Source: Promethearchaeota archaeon (GTDB lineage: Archaea > Asgardarchaeota > Lokiarchaeia > Sigyniarchaeales > SOKP01). From it: a DNA stretch of 22,071 nucleotides. The number at the start of each line of letters is the position of its first letter. Position 1 is the stretch's first letter. This document shows positions 9,735 through 18,244 of this stretch, in pieces. The notes below the pieces were generated by a model. It was not told the origin of the DNA, searched no databases, and was given only the letters and a program-made list of their open reading frames with translations. Both the position numbers and the translations under genes were made by a program. The stretch lies in assembly GCA_013375475.1 (NCBI GenBank), contig JABXKD010000064.1, forward strand, positions 1 through 22,071. The letters are read 5' to 3'.

Positions 9735-10775
9735 GTGAGAACAATTATGATTAGAGTCGAAATAAATGTATTAACGAATAATATTGTTTTACCTTTTCAA
9801 AATATTCGAGAAAATCACTTTTTGGATTTTATCGAATTAAACAAATTATTTGCGTCAAAATCACTAGCTGAACATGGATTAGGTTTTTTAATTAATATAT
9901 ATGATGTTATAGATTCAGATAATCCTGGTAGCGACAAATTATTAAAAAAAATAGTGTTTGATACCGGAGGTGTAAACTTAACATATCTCCATAATCTGGA
10001 TCTTCGAGGATACCCCTTATACGATGTAGATTACATAGTATTGTCGCATTGGCATTACGATCACACGGGGGGATTAATTAAGATATTAGAACGTATGGAT
10101 AAGAAAGTACCAATTATCTGTCATGAAAGTGCTATGTTCGAGAGATTCTTTAAACGAGTTAGAAACTTAAAGAATGAAGATTTGGCTGGAAAAAAAAGAA
10201 CTGAACTTTTACCCCTACTCTCATCCTTAAAAATAGTCAATCAAGAGCCAATAAACCTCGATTTAGTTAAAAAATTAAAGGGGGAGATTCACTTCACAAA
10301 GGATTCTTATGAAATTCTCAATATCAAAGGACTTAAAATATTAGCAAGTGGTGAAATTCCTAGAAATCATATCGAAGAAGATTTTAATAACTTCTTTTCG
10401 CTTCAAGAGGGAATTCTTAAAATTGATAAAATTTTAGATGATAAGTGTTTGATTTTAGAGTTTGAAGAAAACATTGTTTTACTAAATGGGTGTTGTCATT
10501 CCGGTTTAATGAACACTTTAGACTATATAAAGACAATTACCGATAAATCCGTTAGTCATATTATAGGAGGTATCCATCTAGCGCGAGCAACAGATCAAAG
10601 AATACTAAATACATTAGACTATTTAGATAAAATGGAAAAATATAGGAATGAAGTATTTGTTTTCCCTATGCATTGTAGCGGGGAAAAATTTAGACAATTA
10701 GCAAAAGATTACGAAAGTGCTGGAATCTATTGTTTTGATGTTAGCGTAGGAACTAAATTTAATTTTTTATACTAA
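9735..10775 (+). CDS. MBL-fold metallohydrolase (COG1237/MJ0301-like)
   Basis: AEHGL, FDTG, SHWHYDHTGG (HxHxDH), GEIP, GCCHSG, GGIHL and PMHCSG. True start may be ATG 9747. Stop overlaps the convergent permease stop by 4 nt. Confidence 0.9.
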   Translation: MRTIMIRVEINVLTNNIVLPFQNIRENHFLDFIELNKLFASKSLAEHGLGFLINIYDVIDSDNPGSDKLLKKIVFDTGGVNLTYLHNLDLRGYPLYDVDYIVLSHWHYDHTGGLIKILERMDKKVPIICHESAMFERFFKRVRNLKNEDLAGKKRTELLPLLSSLKIVNQEPINLDLVKKLKGEIHFTKDSYEILNIKGLKILASGEIPRNHIEEDFNNFFSLQEGILKIDKILDDKCLILEFEENIVLLNGCCHSGLMNTLDYIKTITDKSVSHIIGGIHLARATDQRILNTLDYLDKMEKYRNEVFVFPMHCSGEKFRQLAKDYESAGIYCFDVSVGTKFNFLY

Positions 10776-11959
10776 AGTTTTTCTTGTTTAAGTAAATGAA
10801 TATCACTTAAACTATCACCGAGCAATAAAAAACCAATAACGGCTATTAAAATCATCAAACTTGGATAGAATACCGACCAGGGAGCATATCCAAATCTGCC
10901 TGAAGCTAATAATACAATTGATATATCATATCCCCACTCAATCCATTCAATATCGTTTACACTAACTAAATGCCAATTACCAGAATATCTTAAAAAACCT
11001 AATACAGCTAAACCTAATATATTTCTACAAATATTATAACTAGAGCCAATAATAACCGACTGCAGACAGTTAGGTAGAATATGCCTAAAAAGAAGTCTGA
11101 AGTTTTTGGCTCCGGCAACTTTTCCCGCATTAATATAAGGAAGCACTTTCTCTTTTGTTACATTACTTTTCATTATACGAGCAAAATAAGGAATTCCTAT
11201 AATACTGTAAATAATTATCAAAGTAACAAAATCACTTCCCCAAATGACCATAAAGATAATAGCGAAGATAATACCTGGAAAAGATAAGATGAGATCCATA
11301 ATCCTCATGATTATCGCAGACACCCAACCCTCATAATATCCTGAAATGGCCCCAATCAGGATTCCAATAAGGCTCGAGATAAATGTAGCAGTTAGGGCAA
11401 ATAAAAGAACAGGTCTTGTGCCAAAGATGAGTCTAGCTAAAATGTCATACCCATAAAAAGTTTGCCCTAGTGGGTGTCCAGGACGGGGAGGGTAATACCA
11501 TTCAATATCAATATTTAATCCTGAATAAGTTGTTGCTTCTATAAAGGTATAGGGGGAAAGCCAATGTTGAAATACTGCAATACTACAAAGTAAGAATATG
11601 GTGCTGATTCCAATGATAAATAAAGCTGATTTATACCGATGTAAACGATTAAGTTTAGGGTATATTAACTCATGTAAGCGTTTACGCTCGTCTAGATCGT
11701 CTAATTTAGATCCTGGAATAAAGAGGAATTTAAGATTATGAATTACCCACAAAATTACCTTTTTAATATCACTGAGCTTGCTTTTTTCTCTTGTCCTCCA
11801 AAGTCCATAGGAAATTATGAGAAATAAAACAGATCCGAATCCAACCAAGATGAATCCAAAAAAAATATGTTCATAACCAAAGAAATTGAATATTAAAGCT
11901 AGAGCTAATGCAAATATTGAACCGCAGAGAAGTGCAAGAATCTGTAAAATGTGTTTCAT
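10772..11959 (-). CDS. dppC: ABC peptide/nickel transporter permease, DppC/OppC type, with extra N-terminal TM extension
   Basis: HPLG...GYDILARLIFG, IGAISGYYEG, MRIMD...SFP, EAA-like YINAGKVAGA...RHILPN, EWG, APW...P, LLGDSL. Confidence 0.85.
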   Translation of the reverse strand: MKHILQILALLCGSIFALALALIFNFFGYEHIFFGFILVGFGSVLFLIISYGLWRTREKSKLSDIKKVILWVIHNLKFLFIPGSKLDDLDERKRLHELIYPKLNRLHRYKSALFIIGISTIFLLCSIAVFQHWLSPYTFIEATTYSGLNIDIEWYYPPRPGHPLGQTFYGYDILARLIFGTRPVLLFALTATFISSLIGILIGAISGYYEGWVSAIIMRIMDLILSFPGIIFAIIFMVIWGSDFVTLIIIYSIIGIPYFARIMKSNVTKEKVLPYINAGKVAGAKNFRLLFRHILPNCLQSVIIGSSYNICRNILGLAVLGFLRYSGNWHLVSVNDIEWIEWGYDISIVLLASGRFGYAPWSVFYPSLMILIAVIGFLLLGDSLSDIHLLKQEKL

Positions 11960-12072
11960 ATGGGAATATTTAATTTAATTTTTAGACTATAAAACTTATC
12001 TGAAGGAATATTTGAATGCTTAAAACTCTAATTTTAGTAATATTTATATTTTTTCTATAACGAAATAATTCG

Positions 12073-13095
12073 ATGGGGTTTTTTAAATATGTCATCCGGA
12101 GATTACTAACATCAATTGTTACAATATTCGGTATTATTATAATTATCTTCATCCTTTCAAGAGCTTTACCGGGTGATCCAGTATGGTTTAGATTACCTGA
12201 AAAGGCTACAATGGAGGATTATTATGCTGAGCGAGCTAGATTAGGTCTTGATCAGCCTGTTATATACCAACTTTTTGTCTTTATGTCAGACTTATTGACA
12301 GGAAATTGGGGCTTTTCATATGTAATTGCACAAGATAGTGACGTATGGTCTTTAATCGTACTATATTTACCAAGAACATTTGAAGTCATGTTTATTAGCA
12401 TGTTTCTTGCGATAGGTTTAGGTATTATGTTTGGTAAAATCACAGCGAAAAGAATGAATTCTTTTTGGGATTATCTTATCCGAATTTCTATGTACCTCAT
12501 TCTTTCGGTTCCGGCATTCGTAATTATTATTTTTTTCGTTTTGTTGTACATTAATTCTCCTTATAAAATTTTTCCTCTCTATGGTTATAAAACCGTATAC
12601 TATCCTGACCCAACCTTTATTACGGGATTTCCGTTAATAGATAGCTTATTAGCACATGAATGGTATATATTTTTAGATTTAGTATGGCACTTAATAATTC
12701 CTGTAGCAACAATGACAATCGTGCAAATGGTTGCGATCATCAGACAAACCAGAACAAGTCTTTTAGACGCATTTCAAATGGATTTTATCAGAACTGCAAA
12801 GGCTAAAGGTTGTTCAAATAGAAGAATTGTTAATAAACATGCCATGAAACTCGCCATTCCTCCCGTAATTACAATATCAGCAATGGGATTTCCGATTGTT
12901 ATGGGAGGCATGGTTGGAGTAGAAGTAGCTTACCATTTTGTAGGGATAGGATTCACATTCAGAGAGGCTGTTATTTACCGCGATTATTCAGTGTTAATCG
13001 CAGTAATCTTTCTATTTTCTCTTCTCGTTGTAATTTTTAATTTCTTATCAGATGTAATAATTGGATTTCTCGACCCAAGAATTAGATTTAAATAA
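12073..13095 (+). CDS. dppB: ABC peptide/nickel transporter permease, DppB/OppB type
   Basis: YVIRRLL, LPGDP, LGLDQP...GNWGFS, LPRTFE, TGFPLIDSL, HLIIP, DFIRTAKAKG, C-terminal LDPRIR. Confidence 0.92.
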   Translation: MGFFKYVIRRLLTSIVTIFGIIIIIFILSRALPGDPVWFRLPEKATMEDYYAERARLGLDQPVIYQLFVFMSDLLTGNWGFSYVIAQDSDVWSLIVLYLPRTFEVMFISMFLAIGLGIMFGKITAKRMNSFWDYLIRISMYLILSVPAFVIIIFFVLLYINSPYKIFPLYGYKTVYYPDPTFITGFPLIDSLLAHEWYIFLDLVWHLIIPVATMTIVQMVAIIRQTRTSLLDAFQMDFIRTAKAKGCSNRRIVNKHAMKLAIPPVITISAMGFPIVMGGMVGVEVAYHFVGIGFTFREAVIYRDYSVLIAVIFLFSLLVVIFNFLSDVIIGFLDPRIRFK

Positions 13096-13181
13096 TTTCT
13101 AATTTGAAATTTTAATAAAGAATAACAAAATATATATAGTTAGATACCAAATTTAAATTTAAAAACTATTGATGATCAATC

Positions 13182-13829
13182 ATGGAAATTAGTGATTTAG
13201 TTAATAAGAAAAAATTAAGATGCGATAATATAGTTTCAATAGTCCTATTGGCTGGTATTCTTGTTCTTTTTGTATTTTTTAGATTAATAATATTTGTATC
13301 TTTGATGGTTTTTCCTATTTTTGCACTTTTTATTAACGGTATATATAATATCTATAAAGGTTTGGTTAAGAAAGATAGAATTCTCACCGTTAGGGTGCTA
13401 AGAGTAATTCTAGGTATTAGCTACATCTCATTTTCCACTTTCATCTTATTGCTAATTTTTTCATATCCTCATATTACTCTGGGTTATATTATATATTTTA
13501 TTTCGATACCTGCTTTTTTAATAGGGTTTGCTGCCATTATAAAAGGTTCTATTGTAGTAGTCTACTCCCCTCTTTATCGAAAATTGAATATATTAATTGG
13601 GTTTATAACATGTGGTATTTCACTTCTAGCGTCCTATTATGCAGAAAGTGTCTTCATATTATCGTTAATCTCTCTAATACTTCTTCTTACTTTAAATGGA
13701 ATTTTAAGATCAGGTCTCTATTTAAGTGAATATGGGCTATCAATTAGAAACTTAAAGAATATTCGATTGGTCTTTTATATAATGGATAATCTTCACGTAG
13801 TTAATCTAGAGGAAGAGGTTCAAAGTTAA
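13182..13829 (+). CDS. Integral membrane protein (about 6 TM; HdeD/DUF308-like pattern)
   Basis: Strongly hydrophobic 215-aa ORF with repeated G-containing helices. Family assignment is tentative. Confidence 0.6.
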   Translation: MEISDLVNKKKLRCDNIVSIVLLAGILVLFVFFRLIIFVSLMVFPIFALFINGIYNIYKGLVKKDRILTVRVLRVILGISYISFSTFILLLIFSYPHITLGYIIYFISIPAFLIGFAAIIKGSIVVVYSPLYRKLNILIGFITCGISLLASYYAESVFILSLISLILLLTLNGILRSGLYLSEYGLSIRNLKNIRLVFYIMDNLHVVNLEEEVQS

Positions 13830-13912
13830 TTCAAATATAATAAAAGTTATATCCTATTCCTATACTTAATACTACAATAAATAATTGTAATTTTTATAAT
13901 GAGGTTATAAAT

Positions 13913-15034
13913 CTGAGTGGAATTCATTTTAATAAAGAAAAAGGTTCTCAAATAAAACTATTTACACCTGGACCCGTATATGTTCCAGAAAGAATATTAA
14001 CTGAAATGGCAAAACCAAATGACACTCATAGATCAAAACCTTACGCCGAAATGCATCAGCTTGTAGAAGAAGGTCTTAAAAAACTTTTATATACTTCAAA
14101 TACAATTCTTATATCCACATCGAGCGCCACTGGCTTAATGGAAGCTTGCGTAAGGAATTTAGTTAAAGAGGATGAGAAAGCTTTATTTTTCTCAATTGGA
14201 GCTTTTGGAGACCGTTGGTATAAAATTGGAGTCACTAATGGGAAAATAGCGGTTAAGGAAGGTGTAGAATGGGGTAAGGCGATAAATCCTGAATTTGCCC
14301 AAGAAGCATTAAATAAAGATAAATATGCTGTAGTTTTTATTCAGTCAAACGAAACTTCTACGGGAGTATATAATCCAATTAACGAGGTTATTCCTGTTAT
14401 TAAAGATTCTGGCGCTTTAGTATGTGTTGATGCAACTTCATCTATGGCAGGTATTAAAGTTGAAGTTGATAAACTAGGAATTGATGTTTGTTTAGCTTCG
14501 GTTCAAAAAGCTTTTACTATACCTCCAGGACTAGCAGTATGTTCTATATCTTCTGCAGCAATCGAAAAATTCCCTCAAGTTAAAAACAGAGGATTTTACT
14601 TCGATTTTCTTGATTTAGTGAAACGAGCCGAGAAACATCAAACACCAACAACTCCTCCTATCCCTCAAATTAGAGCATTAGCAGCACAGTTAGATTATAT
14701 CTTAAATCACGAAGGATTAGAAAAGAGATTTGAACGGCACGCTCAACTTGGAAAGCGTACAAGAATGTGGGCAAGGGATGTTAATTTTGAAATGTTTCCA
14801 GAAAAAGGTTATGAATCAAATACAGTTTCTACTATGAAAAACTCCTTAAATATTGATGTTGCGAAAATGGTCTCAACATTGTTAGCTAAGGGATATCGCA
14901 TTGTAAATGGTTATGGAGACTTGAAAAATAAAACTTTTCGGATCGGTCATATGGGTGAAATTACGATAACAGAACTTGAAGAGATGCTGAAAGTTCTAAC
15001 TGATATCGTATCTGATTTAAGAATGAGTCAATAA
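13913..15034 (+). CDS. Class V PLP-dependent aminotransferase (serine-pyruvate/alanine-glyoxylate or archaeal phosphoserine aminotransferase type)
   Basis: LFTPGP lies upstream of and in frame with ATG 14006. Also SSATGLMEA, GAFG, NETSTG, VDATSS, SVQK (PLP lysine), TPTTPP and FRIGHMG. Start placed at CTG 13913 behind a GAGGT SD; the start position is less certain than the product. Confidence 0.88.
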   Translation: MSGIHFNKEKGSQIKLFTPGPVYVPERILTEMAKPNDTHRSKPYAEMHQLVEEGLKKLLYTSNTILISTSSATGLMEACVRNLVKEDEKALFFSIGAFGDRWYKIGVTNGKIAVKEGVEWGKAINPEFAQEALNKDKYAVVFIQSNETSTGVYNPINEVIPVIKDSGALVCVDATSSMAGIKVEVDKLGIDVCLASVQKAFTIPPGLAVCSISSAAIEKFPQVKNRGFYFDFLDLVKRAEKHQTPTTPPIPQIRALAAQLDYILNHEGLEKRFERHAQLGKRTRMWARDVNFEMFPEKGYESNTVSTMKNSLNIDVAKMVSTLLAKGYRIVNGYGDLKNKTFRIGHMGEITITELEEMLKVLTDIVSDLRMSQ

Positions 15035-15058
15035 ATTCAATATTTTTAACTTATTATA

Positions 15059-15066
15059 TTTTTTTT
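15059..15066 (+). terminator. Oligo-T tract, possible terminator
   Basis: T8 within a T-rich stretch after the aminotransferase stop. Confidence 0.35.
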
Positions 15067-15157
15067 ATATTTTCTGCGATTTTTTTACTTGAAGAGTTGG
15101 TTAGGATCATTAAGGTTATCTAGTTAATTTAACAAAAGTTCTTAAAACATAATCGTA

Positions 15158-15185
15158 CTAAAAATCATAGTTATCTGATTTTTAG
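15158..15185. promoter_or_regulatory. Perfect 10-bp inverted repeat upstream of the SerA-like gene
   Basis: CTAAAAATCA-N8-TGATTTTTAG. Confidence 0.55.
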
Positions 15186-15202
15186 AATAAAATGTGATTT
15201 AT

Positions 15203-16135
15203 ATGAAAATTTTAATTAGCGATAAATTGGAGGAAGAAGGAATAAAAATTTTCAAGGATAATGGGTTTGAGGTTGTTAAAAACTTCGAGATAACAAATGA
15301 ACAGCTTAAAAATGAAATTGGAAATTACGATGGGATTGTCATACGCTCTCGAACCAAGTTAACAGCAGAAGTTTTAGAACATGCAACAAACCTTAAAGTT
15401 ATTGGCAGAGCTGGAGTAGGATTAGATAATATTGATAGAGCGAAAGCAGCTGATTTAAACATTGAAGTTTTAAACACTCCACAAGCACCCTCTGTTTCGG
15501 TAGCAGAATTAGCATTAGGTTTAATGTTTACATTAGCTAGGCACATTTCTCGTGCTGATCGCACTATGCATAATGGAGAATGGAACAAAAAACAATATCT
15601 CGGTTATACGCTGAAAGGGAAGAAATTAGGTTTAATAGGTTTTGGAAATATTGCAAAACAATTAGCAAAAAAAGCAATAGCGTTAGAAATGGAAGTCGGA
15701 GTTTATTCAAGATTCAGCAAAGGACCTGAAGCTGTAGAAGAAGCTAAAAATATTGGATGTAGAATTTATTCTTCTATTGATGATCTGCTTAAGGACGCGC
15801 AAATCGTATCTTTACATCTCCCCGCAACTTCTCAGACAGAGAACACCATTAATGGATCAAACATTAAACTGATGAGAAAAGATTCTATTCTAATAAATAC
15901 TGCTAGAGGAAAGCTAATCGAAGAAAAGGCTTTAATCAATGCGTTATTTAATAAAGAAATCGGTGGAGCCGCATTAGATGTTTTTAGAGAGGAACCTCTC
16001 AAAGATTTGGAGTTAATTAATTGTGAAGGTAATTTAATTCTTACACCTCATATTGCAGCTCAGACAATAGAAACACAAGTTTCCGCAGCTACGAAAATCG
16101 CTGAAAAAATGTCAAATTTCTTAAAAAATTTATAA
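15203..16135 (+). CDS. serA: D-2-hydroxyacid dehydrogenase, SerA (3-phosphoglycerate dehydrogenase)-like, without ACT/ASB domains
   Basis: RSRTK, GRAGVGLDNID, SVAE, GLIGFGNIA, SLHLP, INTARG, ALDVFREEP and TPHIAAQT. ATG 15203 (MKILISD) preferred over GTG 15194. Substrate not certain. Confidence 0.8.
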   Translation: MKILISDKLEEEGIKIFKDNGFEVVKNFEITNEQLKNEIGNYDGIVIRSRTKLTAEVLEHATNLKVIGRAGVGLDNIDRAKAADLNIEVLNTPQAPSVSVAELALGLMFTLARHISRADRTMHNGEWNKKQYLGYTLKGKKLGLIGFGNIAKQLAKKAIALEMEVGVYSRFSKGPEAVEEAKNIGCRIYSSIDDLLKDAQIVSLHLPATSQTENTINGSNIKLMRKDSILINTARGKLIEEKALINALFNKEIGGAALDVFREEPLKDLELINCEGNLILTPHIAAQTIETQVSAATKIAEKMSNFLKNL

Positions 16136-16179
16136 AAATTAGTTGTTTCTCTTTCTTTTCTTCCTACACTTATAATAGG

Positions 16180-18228
16180 TCAAATCTTGGATATTTTTAT
16201 AATTACAGAAAAGTAAGCTCCTGATAACTGTGATTCTTCTGGTTTTTCTGGCGTGAAAAAATTAACATTCTCATAAGCCGAGTTAGCAAATGGTAACCCG
16301 GAATTAATTAAAGCGGTTCCGGATTTTAAATCATTATTTTGATCTAAAATAAATTGCGCTTTATTAAACTTGTTAGAAACCAATACTTTTTCGTTAGGTT
16401 CCAATCCGATTGATTTGATATCATAGAGATTTAAAAATATCTTGCCAAAAACATTCTCGAATTCTTTATGAACTTCACCCAATTGGGAGTGAATGAAATA
16501 TTTATGAGCCGGGGAGAGTAAATAAAACTCGTTTTGATTTCGGTGTAAAAGAAAATCTAGCTCAGGATCAAATATTTCTAAATCGGAGCTTTGAATTTGA
16601 ATCTTTCCATTAAAAGTTGGAAAATTTAAATCTTTATAAGGAACATCATTAATTCCAAAAGGAATATAATATCCATGGAGTTTTAAACTTTTTTGCGCTT
16701 CTTTAGGTAATAATTCAACGCACCTTTCGAAAATTTCTTCTTGAGTTTCGTGAAAAAGCTTATAACCCTCCCATTTTTTTTTTTTTGCTAATAGTTGAAA
16801 AAATTCGTAATTTGATACACAATCAGGATATGGACATGGACCACCTTGATTTATCGATAATCCAGGGGTAAAATAAGGTGGTATAATATCATCACATTCA
16901 AGATCGAATTTTGCGGGGATTATGATATCTGCAAATTTCGTGGTCTCGTTTAGAAACATATCCAAAACTACTATAAAAAGATCATCTCGGGACAACGAAT
17001 TTCTTAAAATAGTCTGATTCGGTAGAGAACTTGCAGGATTAAGATTATAGATAAATAACATCTTAAACTTATCCGAGTCTAAAGAAGATCCTAGAGTTAC
17101 CAGTGGAATGCTATTACATGGGGGGTATAAATGTGCAAGTGTGATATAACTCATAAGCGAGTCTGTAAATTCTTTATTAAAACCACTTTGAGAGAATAAA
17201 AATCCTGACCCTTGTTTCCCGAAATTTCCAAGGAGGACTTGGATTAGCGCAATTATTTTCAAATTTTTTCCACCGTAAAAGTACTTCTGAGGTCCAAATC
17301 CTACAATGAACAAGGTCTTGTTTTTAAATCTAACAAGAATTTCTACAAAAGCGTCTAAAGTTTCACGCGTTAATCCAGTATGGTGAAAAATTCTAGATTC
17401 GTCGATTTTTTGAACTTCATTAAGAAGTTTTTTGTAGTTATCAACATGATGAGTGAGGAAATCTATATCATATTTTTCGGCTAATACAATTTTGTTCATA
17501 ATATATTTTGCAATCAAATAATCAGTACCTGGGAAAGGTTGTAGATGTAAAAAGGCATTTTCTGCTAGTTTTATTTTAACAGGATTCACTACAACAACTG
17601 TTGAACCATTTTCAATTGCTCTTTGAACTAAGAAATAAGCATGATTATTTCGATCAGATAAATTACTACCCCAAATGACAATTAATTTATTATTGGGATT
17701 ATTTATTTGGAAGGGATTTGTTGTTGAATAATTACCGAATATTTGGCTTAACGCGTGATTTCCAGCTTCGTTACATATACCTCCAGTTGTGATTGTAGCA
17801 CCAAGTTTACCGAAGAATCTATTTGGAGAAAATTGCGATATCAATCCGCTATTTCCAGCGTAAAAAGCGGCTACAATAGAAGATGGGTCAAATTTGTTAT
17901 TAACTGTTGTTAGTTTTTCTGAAATAAGATTTAAAGCATGATCAAGACTAATTGGCTTAAAAGAGTTTGTAGCTTTAGGACTTGAACGTAACAAAGCTGA
18001 TTTCAATCGATTAGGATGGTAGAGTAACTCTTCCCTGTGATTGAGTTTTGGGCAAAAAAAACCATTTGTAAGAGGGTGGTTTTTTAATGGTTTAGCAATT
18101 ATTAATTTCTTCTCAGGAGCTTGATCGTTCCATTCTCCCATAAATACACATGAACCGTAGCAATCTTTGGAGCATGTTCCATACCTTTTTACATTTTTTA
18201 TATGTTTATTCAATCTTTTTAACTCCAA
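16180..18228 (-). CDS. Cytoplasmic molybdopterin/tungstopterin oxidoreductase catalytic subunit (DMSO reductase family) with N-terminal [4Fe-4S]
   Basis: CSKDCYGSC...GFFCPK, HPNRL, ICNEAG, IVIWGSN, VVVNP, PGTD, NPA, VVLDMFLNETTKFADIIIPA and a C-terminal dinucleotide-binding region. No Tat signal seen. Confidence 0.9.
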   Translation of the reverse strand: MELKRLNKHIKNVKRYGTCSKDCYGSCVFMGEWNDQAPEKKLIIAKPLKNHPLTNGFFCPKLNHREELLYHPNRLKSALLRSSPKATNSFKPISLDHALNLISEKLTTVNNKFDPSSIVAAFYAGNSGLISQFSPNRFFGKLGATITTGGICNEAGNHALSQIFGNYSTTNPFQINNPNNKLIVIWGSNLSDRNNHAYFLVQRAIENGSTVVVVNPVKIKLAENAFLHLQPFPGTDYLIAKYIMNKIVLAEKYDIDFLTHHVDNYKKLLNEVQKIDESRIFHHTGLTRETLDAFVEILVRFKNKTLFIVGFGPQKYFYGGKNLKIIALIQVLLGNFGKQGSGFLFSQSGFNKEFTDSLMSYITLAHLYPPCNSIPLVTLGSSLDSDKFKMLFIYNLNPASSLPNQTILRNSLSRDDLFIVVLDMFLNETTKFADIIIPAKFDLECDDIIPPYFTPGLSINQGGPCPYPDCVSNYEFFQLLAKKKKWEGYKLFHETQEEIFERCVELLPKEAQKSLKLHGYYIPFGINDVPYKDLNFPTFNGKIQIQSSDLEIFDPELDFLLHRNQNEFYLLSPAHKYFIHSQLGEVHKEFENVFGKIFLNLYDIKSIGLEPNEKVLVSNKFNKAQFILDQNNDLKSGTALINSGLPFANSAYENVNFFTPEKPEESQLSGAYFSVIIKISKI

Positions 18229-18244
18229 TTTTAAATAGAAATTG

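Noticed and set aside
14006-14008. ATG 14006 as the aminotransferase start
   Set aside because: It would remove the conserved LFTPGP N-terminal motif encoded in frame upstream.
17773-17775. Selenocysteine at the Mo-ligand position of the oxidoreductase
   Set aside because: The codon is TGT (Cys) and the ORF has no internal TGA.
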